64,000 nt of DNA from Phoronis australis (Eukaryota; Animalia; Phoronida), in contig NMRA01000149.1 of assembly GCA_002633005.1 (NCBI GenBank), forward strand, positions 764,440 through 828,439, given 5' to 3'. The notes under the pieces are model-generated. The model was given only the letters and a program-made list of their open reading frames with translations. It had not been told where the DNA came from and did not search any database. This document shows positions 1-13,800 of the stretch, in pieces. How positions within the stretch are numbered: position 1 is the first letter of the stretch; each line of letters begins with the position of its first letter. Position numbers and translations under genes: made by a program.

Positions 1-521
1 ACACGGGAATCGAACCAAACACCCCAAATATAGGAGCTAAAACTGGTAAGCTGGCTACCGCTAATATGCAATTGCCTGTTAGCGAGTGGCTAACACTAAC
101 AGTGGCTCATATGATTCACCGGAAGCACGTTTACAATATTACCCCCCCTTTTTCTCCGGAACAGGCATGCCTCCAGGCTGCAGATTCCAGCAACACCCTA
201 GGGTTGTGGAATTTGCCCTCAGCAACACTATCCCATGTCTTGGAATTTAATAGGTCTCAGCAACACTCTCTTGTGTTCTTGCACCTTGCCTAAGGTCCGC
301 AGGCCCCCGAGTTGGCAGTGCTTCCTAGGTATATCATCCGTTTGCCAACTATGCCAATTCTCACCTTCCGCATTGATCGCTCTCCCATGCCGTGAGGTAT
401 GAAATAGCGGCACACATCCAGACACTGCAGACAGGTCAGCAGCTTCACTTTCACTCCTACGGAGATTTACATGTTAGCATCTGTCGTCTGATGACTTTGT
501 ATTTTATATCATATTTAAGTC

Positions 522-653
522 ATGGCGGGAAAGTATTACTGCTGTTCTGATTCAAGGAAGTGGGATAAGCGGGATAAACATTCATGGATGCGAGATGTCA
601 CATTTCACTGCTTTCTGGCAGTTCTGAAGGACAAAAGACTGCAAAGCCCTTAG
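522..653 (+). pseudogene. Possible THAP-domain relic (transposon-derived)
   Basis: ATG-initiated MAGKYYCC...RDVTFHCF resembles a THAP N-terminus (CC...FHxFP); truncated. Confidence 0.3.
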
Positions 654-1670
654 TGCGCTCAGCGCCACCGCTGCACAATCATTATAGTATTACCTTACGG
701 CCAAGAAGAGCGGGAGTGCGGAAAACGGGAATTGTAATAATTGCTGAGATTACCCAACTCAGGAATCGAACTGGCAAGTGTGTTAACCATTCAGCTAATA
801 GACAAGTGCCCGTTAGCAAGTGACTAACAGTATGGTTCACTGGAATCATGTCTACAACACCATTTAATGACATATTGGTACCAAGTCAACTCAAACTCTA
901 CTGGCTTTCTACTTTCAGAAAATACGTAGTTTTCTGAGAGTTGATATCTATAGTTTTGGAAATACTTGGATAAATATACAGACTTGCCCAAACGATGCAT
1001 ATAACCTTAAATGGCAGGTTATGAAAAGGGCACTGAACTGGTCGAATATGGGCCACTGGGTCGCTGTATAGCGTTCCTTGATTTTGAGATTCAGGCCATT
1101 ACTTAATAAAGAGTGTGGCACAGGCTCTGTTAATCAGGGACCATTATGTCTAACCAGAGCCGAATATAGCGGTCTCTGATTTGGGGAACCAGTTTTGTCC
1201 ACTGAACAACGGCTCTTTATTACCTGGCTCTCAAAATCAGGGACTATATTTGACTGTTGCTTGAAAAAAAAAAAGTGACATCGTAAGTCCTAAATGATGA
1301 GCATTGTGGCAAAATCCATCTGTCCAAGGCCAGAATCGAACCTGGGCTACCAGTGTGCTAAGTTTATAGCGCGATAATATGCGTCTCCAGTGCCATGAAA
1401 TAGAGCACCTCCTATTGGCCCATTTCTTTTTTCGCTGATTTTTCAATTGTCTGTTCCATGTGTATATACGCAGTTTACAGCAAACTCCCAGAATAAGTTT
1501 CACTTCATTAAACAGAGCCATGAATAGACTACCTTAGCAATATCTGTTGTTTTTAAAGTTCAAAATAAATAATGTTATTCTTCCGTTCAATGTTCATGGT
1601 GTACCTTTGTTAATAGCAAGTGCCCTTATATACATGTACTTGTCTCCCATACCATTCTGTCATTTCACAG

Positions 1671-1832
1671 GCACAGCCCATCTGAACAGAATGTGCTCTA
1701 CTGGAAACACGCAACCTAAGAGACCTTGCTCTGCTAGACTGAGGCAGTACAGTAGTTTGAAGCCAGAAGCCATCCACAGGCACAAGAAGAAATCTGATGA
1801 CATGATTACCGCTTGCCAACAGTTAATTTGTG
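1671..1832 (+). CDS. POLRMT: POLRMT exon A (basic, presequence-like N-terminal region)
   Basis: tttcacag|...|gtaaaa, phase 1-1, 162 nt; [10 protein letters not shown]...ARLRQYSSL...QQLIC joins in frame to VLEQ of the next exon. Confidence 0.7.
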
Positions 1833-4800
1833 GTAAAACTCAACAGATTCTCTCACCTTTATAATCTGTTTTTGTAATTGCTTACATTCATGTATGATCT
1901 AAAAAGATTTTGGCTCAAATATTTTACATGGAGGCGCATGTACACATGGTTTATTCACAGGAGTAGGTGGCTATCTCTTATATAAGTGCAGATGGATATC
2001 CCTTATATGGCCACTTGGCTTAGTCTTTGTGTTCCCTTTGCTCATTTTTTGTACGTTTTATTGAATAGTTAGCCATTTTCAGGCCTTTTGATTTTCAACA
2101 CTTTTAATTAGCAATTTTGAACGTCAATTTATGTTTAGTGCATTGGTCCGACGTTATGTTGCACTTTGTTTATTGCCTGGGAATGGTGTTCTAGATTTTT
2201 TACTTTCCATTGAACAATGGATATACTAGACATCGAAAATGAAGACTTGTGATGATGTTTTCAAATGAGACTTTGACCTCCGACATCTTGGCTGTTGGTG
2301 GTTTAATCTAAAATTTGGGACACAGTTCCCTGAATATTGACAGTAAGAATAATATGTGGTTCATTGTGAAGTTGCACACTGTTTAGACTTTTGCTGTTCA
2401 AATCAAAACTTAATTTTTGCACAAATGACGATCACATGACATATAAGCAATTGTGCATCACTTTAAACCAGGGAGTAAGATTTAGCAGTCAACCCATTGA
2501 ACCCATTGTGTGACAGCTAAGTAAAGAATTTAGATATTGCTAGGACTAACATTCAGCTCAGTTTTTCAGTTTCCAATACAAAAGAAGCTGTCCACCTTTA
2601 AGTTAGTAGACCATTCAGAGTCCCCCCCCCTTGTGGTTTTAGTGAAACAACTAAAGTTAAAGGCCAAGTATGGTGCCAAAATGATTTTATTGATGAAAAA
2701 CATCAAAATACTGTGTCATAGCATACCCCAGTCGTTAATTAAGTAGACCTTCGACAATACAGTAGCCCCATCACAAACCGCATTTAGCGCCAAAAAAAAA
2801 AATTGAGACGGCGCTCGCGCCAATCGAAGTATATGACATCATCATTACCACGAATTTGGCTTTCACCGTGTCTCCACAGTATTGGAATCAGCGATGACTG
2901 GCCATTTAATTTAGTGCATAATACGTGGAAAATCAAGGAAACACATTAATTTTTCATTTCATGTCAGTTAATATTAAAATTGATCAAAATCATTACCTTT
3001 AGAATTTTTGATTCAATTATTTAGCACATATTCTAATACGGGCCCGTATGGGAATCCCTGCTAGTGTGACTGGGACCGTCGGAACAGCCAGAAAAATAAA
3101 AGTCTTTGTCTGAATTATTATCAGCAATTTCACAATGTTTATTATAAAGAGTAATTTGCTTGATACAAAAACTTTAATATTTGGAACTTTGCATTCATGT
3201 CTTTTTGAAGCCGAAGGTGTGAACGTTGCGCGATTCCAATAGGCCTACGGGCAGCTGTCGAGTGTGTGTCCCCATATTGCTATAGGCGACAATAAGCCGT
3301 TTAATTTGGTACAAAATACTTGGAAACGTTACAACACATCAGCTTGATCTTTTCGTACAACGCAATTATAATCAAATTTATTGAAAACTTTTTATTAAAA
3401 ACTCAATTTTCAAAATAAATCGCCTTGAAATGCTGCAACCCGTATTCTAATCGCCGCCATTTTAACTCGGTCAGCTTAAAAAAATTGAAAATTTAATAGC
3501 AACACAACATTGTGAGTGTCTGTAATAAATTAAAACTACGAAATAAAGTCTGGATTGCATGAAAACATAACTAATTATAAGAATTTGTAACCAATTGAAC
3601 GTTTTAAATTCAGTATCAGAATTCCGTTAGGCCTACGGGAAGGACCCAAATCAGACAGAATATTCCGGATTTGGGACGGATTCCCTATACTCTGGGCCAG
3701 AACAGTAACACGAAACGTCGAAGTGCACACTGTAGATTTTTTTGTAGTTGGTCAGCTAGCTGTTTGAAGACTATCACCAAAATACAGCAAGGTAACACTG
3801 TGAATTGAGCTCTGTTAAACCATAGACTATAGACCTCATACAGGCCGGGTATGAGTTGTGTTAGTCACCTTGTCGTGAAACTTATATCGCAGAGCCGACG
3901 GCCGGGGTGCATGCAAAATCTAAGAGACAATTCAGACACTCACCTTGCCCGTTGCCAGTCGTTTACGGGAAGAACAATCTAATAAACATCATTTTCTAGC
4001 ATTACTCTGCGCCTTTTGAGTTTTGTAACAAAGAAAGTCTGTCGTCGTTGGGAAAACAGTATGCTCGTGACACGCGCACGCGCTGTACTAAAATTTTGCG
4101 ACTTCTTTTGGGACATGATGACAGCTTCACAGCAGTAAAATTTGTTCTAAATTCAGTTTGCTGGTCTTAAAAATGCTAATAACTTGTAACGAAATGAAAC
4201 CAGTTCCGACAATTTGTTGTGACAGTACGCAACCTCGTGGCAGCAAAGAACAGTTGATAGAAGAATAAACTGGGGGGAAACGAAACTGTTCAGGTCAGGT
4301 GACGTAATCGCAGAACGCTGACACACAAGAGCACACTTCAATTTTAGCAGTAGATGAGCGGTAGAACAATAATTCTTCCAACACCGGTAAATAATTTGGT
4401 TTACTCAAAGAGCGGTGCAGCTTTTAATGACACTATTTCGGAGTCAGATTTTATTTAGTCATTTTTACCCACATGGACGCAAAGCTGTAGATTTTGTATA
4501 CAGCTTTGCACCAAGCCTAAAACAGATCTTGCTGATCGGGAAAGTTTGTCGCCAGTCCTTGTCGTGGATGCGAATCTATTCCACGCATGGCACACGACGT
4601 GATCGGTGGGGAAGTTGTGCAAATGTATCCCATTGTCGCTGCGTTTCTACACCCGCACATCACGCAAAGAGGCATTTTAGCTCAGAGGTCGACAAATACA
4701 GAACGTCCAAGAAATAGCACTTAGCTGTTACGAAGTGTGGCTTCCCAGTAATTTCGTGGCCACGATGATGTCATATGAACCACTTTACGCTGATTGGTTG

Positions 4801-7800
4801 AGATTTTTTCAGGGGCACTCGAAGAGGCTACGAATTATGAGCGGTGTAACTTGCATTGCAATTAATTAATTTCCGTAGTATGTAAGAAGCGAAAACAATA
4901 TTTTTATGAACAAAGCATACATTTCTAGTGTCAAAAATGTGTTTTAGCTGCTGGACGCTCTCTTTAAGGTTATCTCAAACCTTATTTAGTGGCCTCTATT
5001 CTAACTCGTATTTTCAAAAAAACTAAGCTTTGTCAGCTAGAAAAAGTATTTATTTTATGAAAGGAAAAAGATCAGGGAATATATAAAAATATTTTATGTA
5101 TGTATGTACATTTATTGTTATTACGTTAACACCCTTTTTATGTCAAAATTTCATTTTTAAGAAAGGTGCATTCATAGCAAAATAACCCCTCAGTCGATTT
5201 TAACTAAATCTTTTTTAAATGAAAACCTGACCATTTTCAGCAAAATCCACCAAGCCGTTTTCGAGAACTCGTGTTCGTCAGTTCAAATAAAGTTGATTTG
5301 CCAAAGCCAAGAAAAAGCCTATTAAACTGAGACAAGTGAAAATCAAAGTCTTCTTTCAATTATTTGGTGAAAACTTGTTTTCGGTCAATTTAACCTATAC
5401 ATGCCTTAACCAATAGCTATTTCAACATTCACTCACAATGTCAACAGATTTTGCAGTGCGTAATTAACTTAATTATCATTAAAACGTACCGTTCTCAGCC
5501 ACGAGATGGGATCAACTGTTACTGTTGTTTGACCTACTTAAAACCTACTTAAAAGTTGGTCACAGTTCATTGTTATACACAGTCTGTACACGTCACGTGC
5601 CAGGAGACTGATACGAAACCAAGTAAGAAATGGATAACAAAAATCGAATCGGTGGTTAAAGCATGTTGTTAGCATTAGATTTCAATTTACTTATTGAACT
5701 AAGGAATTAGGGTGATGATTTATCTCTTTTCTCAACGTGCTGTGTTCATGACCATAGAGGCGTGAGGCGACTCATAGCATTTGTTCTCAACGGTCGTATG
5801 CATGTAGACACACAACTCCCTCCGGATGAAAATTACGTTTTGTCTTTATTTTCCCCCGTTTTATCATAAGTGCACTTCATTGACTCAATATTATGGCGAC
5901 TCAGTGAATGAAGGGACTGAGGGTACATACGAAGCTGCTCTGTACCTGGCAGGAGATAAGATTTGAGTGACAATGCTGTAACCTTTGACCTCGGATAAGT
6001 AGTAAGCAAATATCTACGTGGTTGTGCGGTTCCAAGGTGGTTCTGCTAAATCTTTTTTTTTCTAGCTACAATGTATATGTTTTGTTTTTGAAGTTCCCCG
6101 AAAATGAAGATAAGATATTTTGCTAGACACGTGAAGTATTGTAAAAATGGCCAATTTTTGTGAATAAGGTTTGAGATATCCGTTAAGCCTCTTATGTTAT
6201 GCTTAACTCTCATGGCAGTGTTATCTAAATTGACTGGTACATCAATGGTTCCAGTAGACAATGGTTTAACATTTGCTGTATTTTGTTGTAGTTTTGGAAC
6301 AACACAGATACAACATGGACCAGTTGAGATTGTGCAATGAAAGCGGCAAAGTCGTTGGCAGTATAGAAAGAGTTAAAAACTTATGTGCTAGTACTGAGGC
6401 AGTGTTAGGGCTGAGAAAACAGTTGGTACCTCATGAAAAGCAGGAAAAAGTGGAATCTTATAGTGATGCAGAAGAAAAACGTTTGTTTAACAAAAGGCGA
6501 AGAGATGAATCTGCTCAAAACAACAGTGTTGGTTATATAGTTGACATGAATTCTGTGGCTGAATCAGTGTTTAGGAAATTAAACACACACTCTCCTGTGG
6601 TTGGCCAAGATGTATCCTGGGAGTCCAATTTGAGGTCTTTCAAAGCCCAGCTGAAGAAAATTGCTTCAACACAACTTGATACTGCCATAGACAAAACCAT
6701 GGGTGATCAACTGGTGAAAATGGATTCAATGGAGGAAGGTTGTAATGCCAGTACTTTGAAGTTGAATGATCCTGAAACAAGACAGTTGCCACCTACGCAA
6801 AATCCTCAGTTGATTACTAAACCACCTGAAAGTGCTCAGAATATTCATGAACAAATACATTTACCAAAAAAACCTAACAAGGTGAAACGCAAGCAAATGG
6901 CTAAAAATTTAGAGGACATAATATCGCAACCTGAATTCCACGCCGCACTCAACGAATTTTATGATTTAGAGACATCGGAAGATGTGGAGCCTTCTATTTT
7001 GCCAGTATTCACAAATGAATATGGGGATGATCTCGAAATGGAGGCCACTGCTAAAGACCAGCTCCCTGTTAAAGTGACCAAGTTAACACCAAGAAAGGGT
7101 CACATTAAGTATGATCTGTTTCTTATTTGTTCAAATTTAAAGTGGCTATTTGTGAGCATGTTGTTTACAAACTACCCAAAGTGTGTGGTGTTCAGAAGTC
7201 GCTAGAACAAAGAACATGAATAACACAAATGACTTCACAAAGTCCAAAGTGTGGACCATTTTCAGAATTATCACTAAGTAATTGGTTTTCTACAGTAGTA
7301 TACTATTTCTATTATCTTTGCGTGAAACAGTTTGTATGTTGATCATTTCTTCACTAGTTCATAATTTTGAGATTTATTTAATTGTTCTTGTCTTGTTCCT
7401 TAGTCAGGTTTGAGTTGATTCTGGGCTCAGGAAGAACTGACAGGTTACTATTTCTTCCCATCAAGATCCTCAAGTTTGAGGTCACAGTTGAAAATTTCAT
7501 TAGTTGGATCTGAAGAAATAGTTCTTTTGAAGCTCTGGAGTCACTCTCAGTTTGAGACTAATTTTGTAATTGTAAGCGGTTGAAATCAGAAGTTGTTTTT
7601 TGTGATTGCGCAAATTTAAGGTTTAAGTGGTTTCAGAATTTTGCTGTTTCCCAATTCTTCTCAGTCTAGCTTTACACCTTTACATCAGTACCACTTGTGT
7701 GTCTGGTGAATCAATGTTGAAAAGATTTGATGACCTCATGGTCTTATCCATTTAATGATGTTACCCCCTTAGGAAAGTCAGAAGTTCACAAGATGCAGAC

Positions 7801-10800
7801 CGTGCTGCTTTAGGTCGCTCCCACAACTTCCAAGAGGATCTTAAGTCTTACATAGATGTCTGTATTCATGCTGGTTTGGTAAGAAATTTGTAGTTGTATA
7901 TTTTAATAGGATAACTTGCATTTTTGATAAAGTATACCAGATATCATGGTCCCAGGAGTGAGAAGTGAGTTGACTGTAACTTCATGTTGCATTGTAATGC
8001 ACCCACATATTTATATGTGGTCGCATATTGCCGTCATCTCTGTCTGGGCATCCAGCGTCCGTAGCTGTATCCCTTAAACCCCTCACAGGATCTTGATGAG
8101 ATTTGGCAGATGTGTTCCTATAAAGCTGACGACGGACGGCGACGAATTTCAGACCACTCCGGCTACCGGTGTGCTCCCTAGTGGCAATTTTAGTTTTTAC
8201 ACTTACCTCTGTATTTTCGGAGGTCCTCAATGGATTTTTATAAAATTTGGTAGTTAGGCATCTATTAAGGAGATGATAGCATCCTCTCCTTTTTGGACAA
8301 ATTCGTGGTACTTTGCGCCACCTACAGGGCTCAACATTAACTTTTTAAGCCACTTTGGGCAAGTAGCTGAAATTTTTACTTGCCCGAACAACAAACTCAC
8401 TTGCCCCAAGTGCAATCTCAAACAGCTCCGTGCATGTGCACACCTAGGTCATGTTTTACTGTAGGGCTGTCTGTGCTGAGCCTGCTCTCGTGCTGTTCAT
8501 GCTATATGCTCGAGTTGCTATTTTTTAACTATTCTTCTAACCATGGTCATCGGTACCTTGTATTAGTTTAAAATAAAATTTTAACATATAATAATGCCAC
8601 ATGTACTTTTATTTTCAATGAATAATTATATTTTTGAAAATAAACAGACCGCGAAAAAGTCACCCTTCACTTCAGAGTGACAATCCTGTAGACCGTATCC
8701 CTCTTCTTTTGGAGTCGCATCTGGGAGCTGGGAATAAGAGTTTCCTTTGGAATTCCCCCCGAATAAATACCTGTCCTTTAAAACTGCTGTGTAGTGTAGA
8801 AAATATGTGGTCAATCATTCACTTTTTAGCTTTTGCAATTACCTGTATGACTTACATCTGCCGAGGAACACGGTGCTTCCAGCTGTACTTGGGTAACGCC
8901 GGCAAAAATCACACATCATCCCTTGTTCACTGTCTCGCAGACCAGGAAACCTAACTTCCCATGACGGAACCCACCCCGGCATTCTTCTTTTCATATTGTT
9001 GCTTTGATTCTTCCTGAGGTCATTTTTTAGCAACTAAACCAAGGACATTTTTATGCGCCCACATATTTATATGTGGACGCATTATGCCGTCATCTCCATC
9101 CGTCCGGGCGGCGTCCGGCGTCCGCTGCTCTATCTCCAAAACCCTTTGACATACGTTCATGAAATTTGGCACATATGTTCCATTCATGAATGGGACGGCA
9201 TGTGCGAACTTTCGGACGGATCCGACTACCGGTGTGCCCCCTAGTGGCAATTTTAGTTTTTTACGCTTACCTTTGTATCTTCAAAAGTCCTGAACGGATT
9301 TTCATGAAATTTGGTATGTAGGCACCTATTAGTGAGATGACGCTATCCTCCCGTTTTCAGATGGATTCGACATAGTTTGCGCCACCTAGTGGCCATTTTT
9401 AGTGTTTTCGAGTCTGTTTTTGTGCGTCCACCCCTCTATCAACCAAACCGCTCAAAGGATGATTGTGAAAATTGGCATGTATGTGCTTACTATAAAGAAG
9501 ACAGCTGACAATGATTTTCAGACGATTTGGACTACTGTGGCGCCTCCTAGTGGCAGTTTTTTTTTTTTTGCGCCTATGGCTGTATCTCCTAAACCGTTCG
9601 CAGGATCTTTACGAAATTTAATAAGTGTATTTATATGATGTTAACAACAGACGATGACGACTTTTGGACGGATCCGCCTACCAGTGTGCCCCCTAGTGGC
9701 AATTTTATTTTTTTACGTTTACCTCTGTATCTTCACAAGTCCTGAACGGATTTTCATGAAATTTGGTATGTAGGCATCTATTAGTGCGATGACGCTATCC
9801 TCCCGTTTTCGGATGGATTCGACCTAGTTTGCGACACCCAGTGGCCATTTTTACTGTTTTTGAGTCTGTTTTTTGGCGTCCACCCCTCTATCAACCAAAC
9901 CGCTATAAGTATGATTGTGAAAATTGGCATGTATGTTCTTACTATGAAGAGGACGGTTGACGCTGAATTTCCCATGACTTTGATTACTGTGGCGCCTCCT
10001 AGTGGCCATTTTTTTTGCGCCCATGGCTGTATCTCCCAAACCGTTTGCAGGATCTTTACTAAATTTAGCAAGTGTATTTATGTGATGTTGACAATGGACG
10101 ATGACGACTTTAGGATGATTCTTACTACCGGTATGCCTCTAGTGGCAATTTTAGTATTTTACATTGACCTCTGTATTTTCATAGGTCTTCAGGTATATAC
10201 TTTGTGTAGAAATTTGTTTCTGGCATTCTAATGCTGCGCTAATCTCGTATGTTGGTAAATTTGTTTTTAATTCTATGTTTCTGTGGTGCTTTAAGCAACT
10301 GATGTATAGGATGTGCTTTTATTATGAAGATCACTCACATTTTGCCCCTAGCCTATTGAGGAGACAATGACCATCCCTTTCCATTTTGCACAGTACAACA
10401 TACTACATATATGCCCTCTACTGGCCACTTTATGGTACCAATAAACAACCCTAGAAGGATACCGTATACGGTGCAATTGTGGGCGCATTTCAACGCTCTG
10501 CGTTGCTCTTGTGTCAGAGTGCAGACGATCAGTAGTATCACGTGACAACCTATTCAGAAACTGTAGGGCTCGTTCAGAGAATCAAAAAGATTTGACCGCG
10601 GATGTCATCTGTGCATGCAGCATCACACTCATTCAATTTTCCTTATGGTGCTCATTCGAAGACTGGAGTTTTTTTGACGGCCACCGGGGGTTTTTCGACG
10701 GTAATTAGGATTGTGTCGGTGTTCGTTACTTTAGAGCAACTGTCGAACAGAGAATCTTAGAATCTACTTGCCTATGCGGCCAGCTTTTTAACTTGCCCAT

Positions 10801-13800
10801 CGGGCAGGTACTTTTCAAATTTCACTTGCCCGACGCAAAATCTACATGTACACGAGCAATCGGGCAACCATTAGTGTTGAGTCCTGACCTAGTGGCCATT
10901 TTCCTGTATTCGAGTTTGTTTTTTGGCGTACAGCCTTGTATCAACCAAACCGCTAGTGATGGTTTTGAAAATTGGCCTATATGTTCTTACTGTGAAAAGG
11001 CCGGCTGACGATGATTTTTCGATAACTGCGACTACTGTGGCGCATCCTAGTGGCGTTTTTGTTTGTTTTTTGCACCCATGGCTGTATCTCCTAAACGCTC
11101 TACAGGATCTTTATTGAATTTTGCTTGTGTATTTATGACGTTGACAACAGAGGACCACGACTTTCAGACAGATCGGACTACCGGTGTGCTCCGTAGTGGC
11201 AATTTTAGTTTTCTACGTTTACCCCTTCATCTTCAAAGGTCTTCAACGGATTTTTATAAACTTTGGTAGACAGGCATCTATTAGTGAGATGACACTATCA
11301 TCCAGTATTGTGTTGAATTCGAGGCATTTAGCACCAGTTAGTGGCCATTTTTAATGTTTTCGAGTCTTGTTATTTGGCGTCTGCCCCTCTGTCAACCAAA
11401 CCACTCTGAGGGTGGTTGTGAAAATTGGCATGTATGTTCCTAATGTGAAGAGGAAGTCTGGCGATGATTTTCCGACAAGTTCATCCACTGCGATGCCTCT
11501 TAGTGGCAGTTATGTTTTTTTGCTTCTATAGACTTCTAGTGACAATTTCATTTTTTTGTTTTCCCCGGTTTCTTAGAATTTCCTTGACGGATTTTTATGA
11601 AATTGGGTAAATAGCTTTGATGACACATACCAGTTTTTGGATGGATTCGACGTGTTTTGCATCATCTAGTGGCCATTTCCATGTTCCAAATAAACGCCCC
11701 TAGAGGCACACTGTTTGCATTGCATTCGTTGGCGCATTTCAAGATTCCGCGTTGCTCTTGTTTATTGAAGCTTGCATATATTGTCAAAATGTAGCTAACT
11801 TTGGTTAGTAGTTCTCTATTGTGGAATCTCACCAACGTAGGATACATTGTAGTCATCAAGACCTAGTGAAAATAGCCATTTTCAAATTCTAAACCATAAA
11901 TACCATTATTTTGAAAAATTAAATCACTTAGAAATGAGAGGGTCAATTTTGGTTGCTGTACGATTGCTAGCTGACATTGGTGAGATTCTGGTGTTTATCC
12001 AACTGTTTGTAATGTTTCAGGTGAAGAAGGCTCATGCCACTCTGTGCTACCTCCATAGATTTACTAGGAACACCAGTAGTGGCAAGGACTTCTCTACAGC
12101 CAACATAGATGTCTATAACATGCTACTAAGGGGATGGGCCAAAAAGGTGTGTATCTTCTAGACCTTGAAACATATGCAAAACACTGCACATGCTGTCTTG
12201 TGTGTTTCCTCCCCACTCAACAACAAAAAAAGCTGAAAACCAATGTGTGTGCCTCTGAAACATGGAAAGTGAAAGATAGTGATAACTGATAAAAAGTTCA
12301 TGGAAATTTTCATAAAGTAAACATAAAACAACAATGATTTTTTTCTAGTGACATCGCGATATCATGCTTGGTAACACTCAGTGAAAATTATTTGTGTTAA
12401 TGCTTATGTTTGCATTAATATCCTTGGACAGAATGTGGGTTTACAACCCAGGCAGAAAGATAAGTGAACAAAACCAGCCTAACTGCAACGGGCTCAAATG
12501 TCAGTGATACTGTAAATACCCATTTACAAACAAAAATCTTTTATGGTAAATAAAGTGCGGAAACAAATTCAGATCAGTTTCGCAACTTCAAGGAAAAGAA
12601 ACAGTACAGTGGTCAGAAATCATCTAAATGTGGTGACCACACTGAAAAATCCTGTCGGACCAAAAAATCCAGTGGCTGAACAAAAAGAACAATGTACCAT
12701 TACCATGTGGCCAAGGATCATGATCCGTGCCTGGACAAAAATTCAGTCTTGGTAAATTTTAGATTTGTGCTGTTCACACAAGCATTTCTGGTGCAAACAA
12801 AGCTTGCAACAACACACAAGCTTACTGCCCTACACAGCTGTGCTGACACAATAATGCCACCACTGGATTTAGCAGATCAGCCAGAGTATTTACAGGTCCA
12901 GCCACTGTACTGTTTCCTCCCTTCGAATTTTTACAATGCTGCATCCTTGACAATCACACATTGCCTCTTTCCAATGCATACTCCACTTCCTCTGTCCCAG
13001 TTTCTCCACATTTGCTGAGAGTGGCCTTTCTCAACAAATTCCTTTGGACCTGTTGTGGTATAAGCCAGTAATCTTTGGCAAATACTTTTTTCCCCCCGAC
13101 TCGTTCCTTAAGTTACAAATTCTCTTTGACGCATCTTCTGGGAGTAGACTTTTCGACCTCTCTCTAGCCCCCTCACCTAGTTGTCCAGAAGGGTACCTTC
13201 TTGCTGGTTTTGAACTTTTCCATACCCAACCTTTACTAATAATCAGCAGGTCTCCAACTTCAGCAGAAGCCACTTCTTCAGCATAAGCCTTTCCTGATTC
13301 CTAAAATTGTATTAACGAAAAAATTAAACATTTTAAATTTAATGTGGCCATTTCGGCTCAGAAAATATGAATACCAAGCTAAAGTGAAGGCGTCACAAAT
13401 AAGTCATTCAGATTTGATAAAAAATTTTCAAAATGAATTTCTATGTACGTGACAGCAGGACAAAGGTATGAAACAGAAGTATGGCACATTACATATAGAA
13501 AATATCGAGACCGATTTAAATTATCCGCACTGCCTATGTGTCAGCGTTCATTGTGAAATGAATGAGTTGTGCATTATATTTCTCTTCATAACATTGAAAC
13601 ATAAAACAAGTGACCAATGTAATTTTTTTTGAGAAATACACAATATTTTTGACGGCTTTAGCATGTTTAATTAACTTCATATTCAATCGCAGAAATTCAT
13701 TGGCAGACATAACATACTCCCTAGTATCTAAAAGTAGGTCATGGGCAGAAGTCATATAACACATTTGGTGGTTATTATGAAAAGTTATGATGACTACCTA

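Larger units (their letters stand above)
7995..11763 (+). mobile_element. Non-autonomous Helentron (HINE/DINE-1-like) copy 1, split by nested insertions
   Basis: 5' subterminal hairpin atgcacccacatatttatatgtggtcgcat, internal ~150-bp tandem monomers, 3' ggcgcat plus short palindrome and ctcttgttt; the sequence resumes seamlessly at 10887. Confidence 0.7.

Noticed and set aside
6273-7205. Stand-alone 310-aa gene
   Set aside because: It has no true ATG start, and internal splice sites place it in frame as a POLRMT exon.
9020-11269. Family of small repeated ORFs (also 31211-32933)
   Set aside because: They arise from non-coding tandem monomers of the HINE-like element and their frames are inconsistent between copies.
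12700-13300. Cys-rich - strand protein relic (possible integrase-type transposase tail)
   Set aside because: Too many stops and no diagnostic motif for a supported call.
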